Source: Bispira polyomma
Taxonomy: Eukaryota
Assembly (NCBI GenBank): GCA_965649765.1
Contig: OZ287756.1
Coordinates: 58,156,001 to 58,220,000 of the forward strand
DNA: 64,000 nucleotides
Direction of reading: 5' to 3'
How positions within the stretch are numbered: the first letter of the stretch is position 1; every line of letters begins with the position of its first letter. The notes under the pieces were generated by a model, which was not told the DNA's origin, did not search any database, and worked only from the letters and a program-made list of their open reading frames with translations. Of this stretch, positions 51,737 through 64,000 are shown piece after piece. The position numbers and the translations under genes are program-made.

Positions 51737-54700
51737 TTACTCATAATTCAAATTCATTGCAGTCGGCCCCATGGGCCTAGGACACCTACTGCCTGGCAAG
51801 GGGAGACCCAGCCTCTCAGAGCCCATATTCAACCCTGGCTACCTAAACATGATGCTCAGGGGTGGGTTAAAGCAGACTTTATTAACCCCCGACTCGGCCC
51901 AGTGGGCGGACTGCAAATAGTTCGAATTATCAGTAAGTTGAAAGAACCTTAACTTGCTGTGGTAAGGGGAGGAGGTGGGCAAGTTTTCCTGTGTGTGTGC
52001 TTCAATGTCGAAAAGCTTAATGGCAAATTTAAGGAGGGAAAATGCATTGTCGAATTAAACAAAGAACTGGTTGCATGTATGTGTGGATAGAGAGAGCAAA
52101 AAAAAGTCAGTTCAGTCGCCATGGGTGAAGGTAGTTTATAAGATTTAAAGCACTTGGGCAACTGAAGTCCCAGACCCCTCTATGGTCATGATATCTACAG
52201 TTTGCCCAAGTTGGTGAGATAAGTTAAGGGTAAGTATGTGAGGTAATGTGTTCAGGGGTCTATATAATGCTTCTGGTTTGAGATATTTATATCTGTACAT
52301 GTTAAAAAATTATTTACAAGTAAAAGTGGTTTAAAAGAGTTTAAGAGTTATAAGAAAATTTTTTAAAAGACCCAAGCCAAGCTATAAAAATTTAGGAATA
52401 GGGGCAGCATAGGTGAGGGGGACTGTGGAGGCCGCCTGTGAGGTTTTTTGAAGATATGTCAAGACAGCTGAGGATCTCCACAGTCCGTGTGACATTATGT
52501 TTTGTAATGATACATTATTGTTGAATGCAAATGAAGGCCCTGAATGTCTAAATGTATGAAACGTGTGAGATTTTTGAGGAATTCCTGAAAATGTGAGGAC
52601 AGATGCCAAAGCAGAACGTATGTGTGTATCTACTTTTGGTTCATATGGAGGTATGCAGCCAACAAATAATGGGTAAGTATCTGGAAGAGGTCTGGACATT
52701 AGAAGCTGCTGTAAAGCCTTAACTGGGCAAAGGTTTCTGTTGTCTAATAATGGAATTTGTATGATATCTAGTTTGTAGGGTCTTTGCCCATTTAAGTATC
52801 ACATGGGCCCCTGGTGGGCCAAATATCAGGTATTTTCTTAACAAGTGACGTGTGTTATCAAATTGGACTCTAGAGTGGGGAGCAATATTTGACATTTTAA
52901 GAAACCAAAGAATGAAAGATGGAAAATTGCTCTATATAGTATGAGATCACTTAATGTATTGCAGGCTTTGTAAGTCAATGCTAGGTGGTGTATTTCAAAA
53001 ATTCCTTTTGGTTGAGATTTAAAAAGTGAGTTGTGGGTCAAGCTTCCTAAAAACATGGCCACAGTGTTGTTCTCAAATATATGTATATTTCAGGAGCACC
53101 TTCTTGCCATAAACTTGATGGCTCCCGTGGAGGTGCCATTCTGTGCCAAATACTCTAAAAAAGCTATAACCACCTGTGTGGTTATAATATGAATGCCAGC
53201 AAAAACATTAAAGGCAATGTAATAATCTAAAACTAATTATTATAAGTTGCAAAAGTTTTTGGTCTTAAGGCTGTGTTGAGTCTGCACCAGACTGACCCCA
53301 TGAGTGCTTGTGTGACCTGTGTTGACCCTGAAATTACATAATAAGTTAAAAAAGTGAAGTGGGATATGGTGCCACATAAACTCTTGTTTTAACAGTATAT
53401 TTCTTTCCCTATCTGAATAGTGGTCAGAGTATACACTGGACAATGAGTCCGTTATACAGTTCTTTTTATCCTTAATGTGGTCAATTTGTAAGCTAATATC
53501 ATATTGTCCTGATATCAGCCATACGTTTCTAAGACACAGGGCTAGGAATTCATCCTTAGTCCTGTTGGAACCAACGACTAGTACCACAGCCATGTTGTCA
53601 CAGAATATCTTGATTGTACTACGTGCCCACTGTTTCTCCCAGAGTTTAAGTGCTTTTGAAATATTGAGCATCTCTATGTATAAAATAGAAAGTTGATGAT
53701 CATATACGTTGTAGAGGTGGGAGGCATAGACCTACCTGTTGAACATACCCCCTACACCTGTTAGGCACACGTCTATATAGACAACATTAGTTTCGACGTC
53801 AAGCTTTTCAATGTAAGTGATTCTGTTGTACAGCTTAAGGAAAACGACAAATCATGCAATGTTTGCCTTCATGGCCTCTGTGATTTTAAATTGTTTCGCC
53901 TGCGCATTACCTCGAAAGGCCATGAGAAGTCTATTTATAAAACCCTTGCAGGTTTAATGCACTTGTGTATGTACAAGAGTTTGCCTAATAGAGACTGAAA
54001 TTTTGCACGAGATATCCATTGCTTATTAACAATTTCCACACACAGCTTGTGAGTGTCCTCAATTTTATCTTGGGTTATGCTGATGGTGCCTTTAGCAATG
54101 TCTATATCTATGCCTAAACAAGTTACTCTAATATCATGAGTTGAAAGTTTGTCTACATTGATAGGAAGACCTAGAGAATCGACTAATTGGTTTAAATCCT
54201 GAAACACTTTCTCAGCTGTATCGCTACTTGATATACTGACGTAATTGTCCATTTTACAAAAGACCTGATAGTTTAATTTTTTTTCTAGGCATAAGCTATC
54301 ATATTGGAGCATTGCTGGAAAGCGGCAAAGCTGTGGACCCAGCCGAACGTGACCGCTGGATACATGTATTTTTCTCCTTCAAAACATATGCCTAATTTGA
54401 GTCTATGGGGTCAACCTGCAAATTTCGAAACGCCCGAAAAACGTCCAACTTAAATATCTTGGTGTCCTTGGTTTGACGTATTTGTTTGACTATGTCATCA
54501 ATAGTAGGAAACTTGAGCACAAATTGAATGTTGTCAAATAATTGCTTGTTGACATTATCGTTGACCGATTTCCCTTGTGGGTATGACAAGTTAAGTATGA
54601 CACAACATTTGTTTAGGTCTTTTGGTCGAGTGAGGAGGGGCGCACAGTGATATAAATTGCTATGTACTTCTTTAACTGGGGCCAACATGGCACCATTGGC

Positions 54701-56440
54701 TTTTTCTTTCTCAAGATGTTATCTAATTGCAACTTTAAATTGTAAGGTTGAATGATGATTGGTGGCCTCCCCTGTATTTAGTGAAGTGGGGTCATCCAAA
54801 GACAGGGGGAAGCCAAATTTCAAGTACTGGAGTAATAATTTATCTGGGTGGTCAATTAACATTTTTTCCCATTAATCAATGTTCAAACCAGATTTAAGGG
54901 GAATGCGTGCCCCTCTGTAATTTGGGCACCCCGAGTCCTTAATAATGTTTGCTATTTTGAACATCTGGTCAATTGATGAAATTAAGAAAGGAGCCCTGTC
55001 TGGGCCTGTAAAAGTAAAATTAGAAACACCAGAAACCCATTATTTTTGTCAGGTAGGTCAGTGACATTCTTGTTTTTGCAATGGTAAGACATGTACATTT
55101 CTGAGCAGTCGGTAGGCGGCGTCAAGACATTACCCTGTGTGCTATCCACACTTGGTACATTTGATTTAATTATTAGCACCCAAAATTTGATCAATTAAAT
55201 CTGTCACATGATCAGTATAATTTCACTCATATTTGTAAAGTGACAAGATGTCTTTTTGCTGATCTGCCAATACTTCCTTCGGTGACATGTCACCTGCAGT
55301 ACCTGCCTCAGCAGTAGCCTTAACAGATTCCAGGTCACCAGAAGTGTATGTGACATGAACATATGTTTCAATGGTTTGTATTTTTGAAGTGGGGCCTGGT
55401 ATCTGGTAAAGAGTCAAATTTTAAATAGTCATATCTCTGACGAAGAGCATTTGATTTTTGAATAAAGAAACCTGTTATTTCCACATTAGTAGATCTAATA
55501 TGAATAACGGGCAAAATTTCCTCAGAATCTGGAAACCAATTTGTCACCTGAATTGTCACATCACACTTATTAGTGATATAACCTGAATCTGATCTGATGT
55601 CTGTTTTAGCCTTTCTTGGAAGGCCATTATATTGTTATATAACTTAAAAATGTGTCCAGCTGATTTGGGGCACAGTTATGGTTCACCCACATATTATTAA
55701 CACAATTAGTTTCTAATTTTTCAGTCACATTTAAGTCATTCATTATGGCTGTGCTGCCATTAAATTTTGTTTTCTTTACAATACTGTCCTTTCCACTACT
55801 AATAATATCTGAAAATGATATACTATTAATGTCATTATTACTGTCATTACTTAAAACGCTCATGTCCTTACAATGGTTACTGGCCTAGTTACTGGTTGTT
55901 TTACCTTCTTGTTGTTTCAAAGAATTGGCCCTATAGCACTTGAATTCCGGGTGGAGTGATTCCTTGTGCAGTGGAGCAGTGCCAACATATGTGTCTATAT
56001 TGACCGTGATCGGACTTGTTGGTGTATTTGCCTGCGTTAAATAATTTGCAGATAGTTCTGGCCGATTGTGGTGGCCATTGTCATCTGCGCAGCGTTCATC
56101 CGGTTGAGAGCACACTGTGTTTTGTCGCCCCACTGCAACTGCCTTCTTTGACTTCATGCATGTTATGCAACCATGATGTTCTTGCTACGTCCCATGAGAA
56201 AGAAGCGGCGTCCCTTAACAACAGAATAACTTGTTGAACCATTTCACATGATGTTTCCGAATCAGTAAGCTGCATGGCGTTCCACAGCTGGCCGGCTGCC
56301 CATTGCGGAAGTGACAATTCATCAAATATGGGACGCTTTTGAGCTGTCCCGTTCAACCAGCCTTCCTTGGGCCATCTAAGTTTTTGGTTCACGAGCGCCT
56401 GGACTTCAGTGATGGATTTTAGAACTTCTACCTTTGGAAG
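51737..56440 (-). mobile_element. Ngaro/DIRS-type retrotransposon, copy E3 (5' end lost; same broad family as E1 and E2)
   Basis: gag C-half 56440-55885 (RWPKEGWLNGTAQKRPIFDELSLPQWAAGQL). RT ~54950-53800 (KFPTIDDI, KLDVFRAFRNL). RNase H (FCDNMAVV). YR ~53330-52365 (HTFHTFRHSG, HGLWRSSAVLTYL). About 600 bp of 3' non-coding sequence with an approximate boundary. Confidence 0.88.
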
Positions 56441-59400
56441 TCAGAATACATCAGACCTGAGGGGAGAAAAGTGAGAAGCTGCATAAGGAACAAGATTGGA
56501 CAAACGAAGAAATGAGAAGAAGCTAATTAAGTACAGAGCTTTAAACACGAGTCCCATGTAGGTAGAATGGCACATGAACACAATATTTTTGAGAGTGTCA
56601 ATGTCAAAAACCTTTTTGAGTTTTACATTCAGGGGTGCAGACAATTTAACAGCCTTTTGGTAGTAAGCTATACGAGGGTCACTGAAGGCATTTATATCAA
56701 TGTCGTGTATTATGGACTGGGCCCTGATTGCAGACAAATAATTTGCTATATAAGCAGGTTTGACTGAATTAAAATGTAACGTTTCTAAGAAACATAATAA
56801 ATGGAGCGCAGTCACCTGATGTACATACTGTGAAAGCCAGGTACACACGGTACATGGCCTTGTAGGACCTGGCAATGGATCTGCAGAAGGCCAAATGTAG
56901 TTTTTTGGTGGCATTACAATACAGTTGCTTTTGTAAGGGAGTCTTGTCTGAAATACAGAAAAATGACAGGAAGACTGATGCAAACACATTTATATAGCAT
57001 TATTTAGTATTAGATGTTCATGAAAAACTGGACACCACTGAGCTGCACCTACAAATTTTTGCTACTGAACATAGTCCTGGGGCGAACCCTTCCACCTGGA
57101 GAGCAAATCAGCAGTGGTGTTGTGTTCGTCCAAGATGTGTATAACCTGTAATTCGACATCATACTGACTAGCTAACATGAATATGTTTCTTGAATATAAA
57201 ACCAAAGTACTGTCTATGGTTCTACCATGTGTAAGCACACTCACCACAGCTTGGTTGTCACATCTGATTAGAACTTTTTGACCATGCCACAAGGGTCCCC
57301 ACAATTTTAAGGCGACAGATATGTTGAGCATTTCTAATGAAGCAATATTCAAAGTTTGTAGTTCAACAGGAGTGTCTAGTGTGTATACTTTTTGGCCAAA
57401 CCGCCCCCCTTCCCCCATGCCTGTGAGGCATGCATCTAGCTCAACTGTGACAGTGACGGGGTTATGGTGAAAAAAGGAGACACCATTGAATTTTTTGAGA
57501 AAAGTACGAAACCAGTTTAAGTCTTTCAGAAATTCTGTGCTCACTTTAGAGGTTTTGGCTTTGTAATTGCTCCTAAGCAGATGCAACATATGATTCAAGA
57601 AGAATCTTGAGTACTTGACACATTTGGGAACGTAAAGAAGGGAGCCCAGTAGACACTGGAGTTCCCTTCTGGTACAGTATCTTTTCCCTGACCACTTATC
57701 ACACATGTTCTGAATACTAGACAATTTATCCTCTGGAATAAAATCGACTGTATTTAGAACAATACCCAGACCTGTAACTTTAGTGTTAGGAGGGACTAGT
57801 TTCTTGTCACTGAGTGTCAAACCTAGCTCGGCCAATAAGTCTATAAGTCGTTGGTACCATAGATTTTAGAGGGTATCGAGCAACAAAGGAGATCGTCGAT
57901 ATAGTTGACCTTTACCTGTCATTATATATCTGACCCCATCATGCTTGTAGCCAAAAGGCAAAGAACCGTCCATGTAGTACCCCTCCCAGTACAGGCCTTA
58001 TAAGTTTAGTTCTCTCGGGTTTATAGGCAGGTGTCTGAAGGCACGGCTGATGTCTGCTTTAAAGATTAAAGAGCCTCTACCCCTAGCAAGTACCTGAGAA
58101 ATTATCGTGTCAATGGAAGGATAAGTTAACATGAACTGTCTGCCCAAGTATGACTCAGGACACACGGCAGTATTTACTGAGTGACCTTCAGGCCAACTCA
58201 AGTCGATTATGACACGACGGTTGGTAGAACTTGACTTGTCACGTATCATGAACGGTGAAGTGTGTAATTCAGGAAGTGGTGTCACATCGAAGGGACCATA
58301 CATAGCCCCAAAGTCACATTCCTCTTTTAACTAATGTTCGATGTGTTCCAGGTACTGATCAGCAGAAGCGTGATTTTTGAGTTCAGACTTAAACTCATGT
58401 TGGTCTACAAAATCGAGGGGAAAACCAAACTTCTTAAGCAACGGGAGTTCCCAATCCCAGTAGCCTTTCAAGTAGCTAAACCAAACTGTGGCATTCAGCT
58501 GGGAAGCAACTAGGATCTGTAGACCCTTATAGTTTGGACGCCCATCCCGCTTAATACATTGGTGTAGCTTTAACCCATTCACAAGATGCTGGTTTTGAGA
58601 ATTGTCAGAGATATTATGACCCCCAAGATGATAGGGGAATGAAGCCAAACTTGCCACCACTTTGGACATCCCATAACTTGAAGGTATCACAATGTTTTGC
58701 ATCATTTAATTTTTTCCTTTTATCAGTAGCCCGGCACATGTATAAAGCATACTTGTCATCGGACAAGTTAGTTTTGGCATCGACCTTTTCATCAGTCACC
58801 GAGGACACCACATTATTGTTTTTATTCACAGGCGACTTGGTCACACAAAGGGGGGCCTCAACACAATCACCCAATTTGGCATTTTCTTCCAGAGAATGGG
58901 TGTGAAGCACGCCAAACCTATTAAAGAGTGTTATGCAAAATTCATTGTTGGCACCTCCCTCTTTTTGGGCAATGTCCTTTTCTCGCCCAGGTCTTTTGTA
59001 GGGTAATTAAGCCCCTTGGACACTGTTAATGAATTAGTTTTGACACCCCTTTTGTTTTGAGGCTTTACAACAAGGCTATGGCCCTCTGGCCACCTGGCTC
59101 AATTTGTTTCACACACAGTCTTATGCACACTTTTGTTCACATGCTTTCTCAGCACATTACCCTTTTGGTTTAAATTACAGACTTTATTTTCAACAAAATC
59201 TTTTTGAGGGACACCTCTCCCAATTTCGCCCACAACAGAAACTCCCCTTGGGTGTTTAATATTTGCGTGTCCCCTTACAAGTGCATCTTTGTAAGACTTA
59301 CACACATTTGTTTTGAAACAAGCATAGTTTTTTAAAAAACTGTCTGATAATAATCCAAAATCTTTAAACTTTGAGTGATACACAACTCGGCTAAATACTG

Positions 59401-60620
59401 GTTTCCCCACTGCATTTCTGTAGTGGGCCCTTAGTTTTTGGACTTTTTTGGACATAATTTTGTTTGATGGCTGCCATCACAAGTTTCACAACAATGTTTA
59501 AAGAGTTGACCAGAAGTTCTATGGGTAGCATTGAACTTACAGGTCCCCTCCTGAAAAAATCTACATATCACGCCCTGACTCTTGCATAGTAACTTTGTTT
59601 TACTACCAACGGATTTAAAACCAGTACCACTACTGAAACTGCCCGATACGTGACGTTGGGCATGTGCCCGACGGATTCGATCGACCTTGTCCACATCTGT
59701 CCACTTAAGGCGGTCCAATTCCATGTTGGTTAAAAGTCGTGTGCGTCATCCATAAGATTGGCAAAATATTCCAACATGGCTTCCTTAATTTCTGGGGATT
59801 TTTGTTTTTGTACACACTTTATGAATCCTGAAGTAAACTGAACCAAGGTTAAGTCGTCGTAGGTGGGTCTAACCTTCTTAGCACCTGAGAGCACGAAATT
59901 TTGAGACCAATCGACTGCATTTTTAATAGGACCATCAGTACCCCCATGTTGGGACTTGAGTTTACCTGCTCCAGTCAGTTGGTGGAGCTGCTGGAGCTGG
60001 AGTAACCGTTGGTCTACCTGGGTTTGCAAATTTTCGTTTGACCGCAGAAAATCTAGAAACGGAACTACAGCCTCCACCACTGGTTCAATTATTCTTGGGG
60101 TAACAACATTGGAGACTACATTAGCACTGGTAGTAGGTAAGATACTAGCCTTATTGGCGCTGGGTGTGCACAGCGCCGCCTCCGTCACCTTAATGCGTTG
60201 ATCCATGCTGTCCATTTTACTATTGAGAGACTGCAATTGTTGTAAAATTAACTCAGATACCAAATCCGACTGACAAGCAGTGGATTCAACCATAGGCACA
60301 TCCTCGGCGACGCTGGCATCAATAAACCGACATTTTTTGCCCACAGAGCGTTCGTGTCTCCCCATACATGCATTACACTGGTATTCTCGTTTTGGAGCCA
60401 TGACAATAATTAAAAGCTTTAAAACATTAAAAAGGGTAATAAACACCCAATTGTAAAAGCACTGTCACTTTGACCAGTTAAAGTTTTAATGATGGCGCTG
60501 GTTGGCGCCAAACCCTTATATATGTGCCCTCGTGACCCCAGGTGGCCTAATTAGCCCCCCAGTAGCCTGGTACCAGAACTGAGGGGGCTGACACTGAGGC
60601 GTCACCAAAAACATGGATAA
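56441..60620 (-). mobile_element. Ngaro/DIRS-type retrotransposon, copy E4 (different family; YR C-terminus and 3' end lost)
   Basis: gag 60401-59431 (N-terminal CNACMGRH...C; C-terminal CRFFQEGTC...HCCETCDGSHQTKLC). RT (RRVIIDLSWP, KADISRAFRHL, YIDD). RNase H (LDACLTGMG, CDNQAVV, ADLLSR). YR truncated after FSFLRLSNLVP. The 5' boundary is approximate. Confidence 0.88.
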
Positions 60621-60936
60621 CTTTTGGGGATGTTGCAAGAGTGTACATATCTTTAGGGAAGGGTTTGATTTGGATGTTTGCTGTTATTTTTTTTGCCCAT
60701 CCATATACGCCTGGCCTTTAAGACAAGTGATTGACTCGAATGGCTTTTGAATCATTCTAGTCCATGTACTTTGTATTGGCGCTCGAAGGTCAGCCACAGT
60801 GAAATCTCCTTTTACAGAAGTTAGTAAGTTAGTTGAGATAAAATGGTCATATTGTCAGTTTTACTTCAATTTGGTTTTCTTTTCATATTGTTGAGAAAGT
60901 CATGAATTGTAAAACTATAATATTTATTTGGCTTAC

Positions 60937-61036
60937 CGTTTTCAGCTCTATCTGTTCTTTTCTAGCCTATTGACAGATTCCTGCTGCTAAATAATCATAC
61001 TATTCTGATCAAATTAAGTTCATTTGTGGCATTGAA
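60937..61036 (-). pseudogene. Degenerate duplicate of the C1q-gene coiled-coil exon
   Basis: tatttag|TTCAAT...CAGCAGGAATCTGTCAATAGGCTAGAAAAG...AAAACG|gtaagc aligns with 50908-50807. It is 100 bp, frameshifted and contains stops. Flanking intron similarity (attatttgatagatt, gaattac, tcggc.aaaaat) extends a further ~200 bp. Confidence 0.7.
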
Positions 61037-62139
61037 CTAAATATATAATGCAGTAATTATTTGATAGATTGCTTCTGTAGATGTTTCTGGATTGTTTTAA
61101 TTTGCTATTCCTGGGAATTACTTTGTGTAGTCAGATGGGCTGATTCTTTTCATTTGTATACCGGACCCAGATTTATAAAATGATAAGTAGGAAGCTTAAT
61201 GTTAACATTTAATGAATTAGAGTAAATCTGAACAGGGTAGTCGGCCAAAAATTTATATAATTTGTATTTACTTCATTTTTTATTTAGATTTCATTCATTG
61301 TTGATGAGCAGCATTTTTTATTGGGAATAGTTAGCTATTTCATTAAATGTTAAACCAATTTGTTCATATAGCAATCATTTAAACATTAATCATATGAACG
61401 AATTTTGCATAAATTTGTTATATTACAATGTTTAATACATTAATGAGCTTGTAAAATTCTTATGTTAAAAAAAATATAACTATTCTCAATTAACAACTAG
61501 ACTTGCTGAAGGCATGTGGTTTGGACAACAGAAAACCATGACCAAACAGTTTTTGGTAATACACTTCTCCAATGTCCTCCAGCAGTGAACTGCACATCAT
61601 CATATGACACACGACAACATAATCCCAAACAAAACTCACTTCATGCAAGTTAGCAAGGGCTGCAGAAAACCAACTAACTACCGAAGCTGATTGCTTGGAC
61701 ATTAATGATTCTTTATTTCTCACAATAAACACCAGACTGATGGGATATGTAACATGCATTATATTCATCATTGTATCAGGACTTTAGTAAAAATAGTATT
61801 TTTAAAAATAAAATTGCAAATTTTAATTGCAAATAAAATAGTTAATCGATACCAAAAAAAACTCAAAAATTTTCTGTCATCGTTTTGTGGCTTCTGTAGG
61901 CAACAGCGACAGAGCAGTTGCTATTCACAAAAAGTTAACAAATCTGACACAGCACTATGTTCTATACAAACAGCAAAATAAGCATTCTATAGGTTGGCCA
62001 TAAGTTATAATAGTGTGTACTGCTATTAAACATGAATTGACTAAGATTGTATACATATACTACTCTGTTTTAGTTCAGTTAGATTCCAAGAGTTGAATTC
62101 GTCTAGTTTTGGATTTAATATAATTTTAAACTCATTTTG

Positions 62140-62990
62140 TACCATACTGTGATGGGCGGTTCACTGGTGGAGGAAATCAGAGTAGGGTAGTTTGTCAAGG
62201 TTTTCTGCATTGCAAAGTACCAACCTTCAGCAAGTTTACAGTCAATTTTCTCACATAAATGCCAAGGCAGAGATTGCACCAATGTCACTTGGTCAGAATG
62301 ATTAAATTTAATTATTTAAAATATTTTTCTCTCAGCTTGCATTTCAAATTCTTATCACTTCAAAAATATGCTTAACTATAAAACTAACATATAAATGGTT
62401 TACCCTTTATGTTGGTTCACCGTTATTTGTAGTTAGATTCTGTGTATATACATGTTTTATTTTCATTGCGTAAACAATAGTTGGACATCAATTTATTTAT
62501 TTGTAGACATTGGAAAGCTGTGGATTCGAAGATCGCCCGAAATGTTGTTTACAGTAGATTCCCGAAAATTTCAGATTGATGTATCTAAACCAATACTAAA
62601 GTTAATTGTTTTCATTTGGCATCACTTCAAAAAGTTATTTTTATGTATATATTGGTAGTACAAAACTGCAACTTATATATTCTTGAAGCCTGATAAATAT
62701 GCTTTGTGTTAGTGTTACAAAATATATGTCATATATGTCATACATCCGATAGCCAAGAGTAAAAAACCATGATGACTGAGGTGGAAATTTGGATCTATTT
62801 GGGTTCCATGTCGGTTTGCGACAGCTTAAGTCATACCGCAACAGCCAGATTTAACAGTGCAATATACCTTTTCTGGGGCACTTTAAACCACCGATTTACA
62901 GCCAGTACCTGACAAAATTTCCCACATGGAGAAAAGAACAAAATTTCAACCCGCATTGGTGATAGACAGTTGATTGTGAAGCAGGTACAA
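62140..62990 (-). mobile_element. Two degenerate SINE remnants (~62140-62260 and ~62850-62990)
   Basis: Reverse-complement matches to the SINE core (gcttcacaatca, atgtgggaaa.tttgtcagg, ggtggtttaa, tttcctccacc). Confidence 0.5.
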
Positions 62991-63066
62991 ACTTATGAAT
63001 ATAGTAAATAAGCACCCGCACAGAATCAACAAAAAGCAACAGACGTTAAACTTTTTTTACTGTGAA

Positions 63067-63330
63067 TTAAAATTTTTAATTTGGATATTTAACGTCCACT
63101 CTAGTACCTTTTAGTAGGTTATATTGGGATGGGTAGTTGGAACACTGGAGGAAACACTGTATACAGTTGATCAAGGTTCTACACTGAAACCAGCGGCCAC
63201 AGTAAGGAACTACCACCTTTCGCACAAAGGCATCGACGGGAGTTGAACCCACACCAGCTGTTCCAAGAGGTGAGAGACCAGTGATTGTGAAGCACAATGC
63301 TTGCTAACCACTTGGCCACCGCTGCCCCCC
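63067..63330 (-). mobile_element. tRNA-derived SINE with 15-16-bp TSD
   Basis: Full-length homologue of 12225-12482. tttttttactgtgaa is duplicated at 63052-63066 and 63331-63345. Confidence 0.92.
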
Positions 63331-64000
63331 TTTTTTTACTGTGAAAAGTCATATGTTTTACTGTTGATGTAAATTAGACATACAGTGGAACTTCTGTATA
63401 TCCAGTTATATAAACTCATTTTGAATCACAGTTGATGTTTTACTATTAATTTCCATTAAATTGCAGTGCCCTTGGGTGACCTTGGATTAATATTAAGACA
63501 AAATAACAAGAATTCTACTTGGGAAAGTTAGTTTATTCTAGTTGTTAGCTCTACAGTATTTACAAACTTTAATAAGACTAAGGCCACCTTAACATGAGGG
63601 TGAACTTAATTTAAGTGTCAATATAAATTTAGTTTAAGTTTTGCGGTAAGGTTACCAGAGTTGAGTGTGCGAAACTCAAGTTTAAAGGTCATCTTAACTT
63701 GAGAGATGCCTTGGAGTAAAGGGGAACCTTAAAGCCATTTTTACTTTAATTTAAGGTTGCCTTAAACCGAATATAGAAATTAAGTTAAAGGTCATCTTAA
63801 TTTAAATGCCTTATGTATATATGGTAACCTTATAAACCAGTAGAAATTTGAAAAAGCGTGAAATTTAGTAAGAACAAGGTTTTTTGGCAGAAATCAAATC
63901 TTTAGAGGGTCTAGATCAATAATCAGATGGGTGCCACTCTGGCATTGTTGAACAATTTTTTTTATTCAGCGAAATTCAAAATGGCCGCCATACAGACCCT

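Noticed and set aside
63580-63840. Cluster of ttaa-rich short inverted and direct repeats
   Set aside because: Probably a degraded MITE, but I could not define termini or a TSD.

Overview
AT-rich animal genomic DNA with spliceosomal GT-AG introns and tRNA-derived SINEs. It looks invertebrate and possibly lophotrochozoan, but the taxon cannot be established from sequence alone. Most of the window is transposable elements. Four decayed Ngaro/DIRS-type tyrosine-recombinase retrotransposons (gag-RT-RNaseH-YR, all minus strand) form two abutting pairs at ~1-8.7 kb and ~51.7-60.6 kb. A TIR-bounded pogo-like element (29885-35184) carries an intron-rich transposase ending in two PHD fingers; it and an 817-bp solo LTR sit in one ~210-bp satellite array. 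A long-TIR Academ-like element (39109-48150) contains an L2/CR1 fragment and a near-intact Tx1/L1-like LINE flanked by a perfect 100-bp direct repeat. The only host gene I can reconstruct is a spliced coiled-coil + C1q-domain gene on the minus strand (exons 50807-50908, 48524-48696, 36479-36728), mostly invisible in the ORF track. Its coiled-coil exon has an in-frame stop, and a degenerate duplicate lies at 60937-61036. The best leads are a conserved unrecognised ~45-aa motif in the gag-pol spacer of three Ngaro copies, the intron-rich double-PHD transposase, the 100-bp TSD, and a probable deletion that fused two Ngaro elements and possibly two C1q paralogs. All family assignments come from motif recognition by eye, without database searches.
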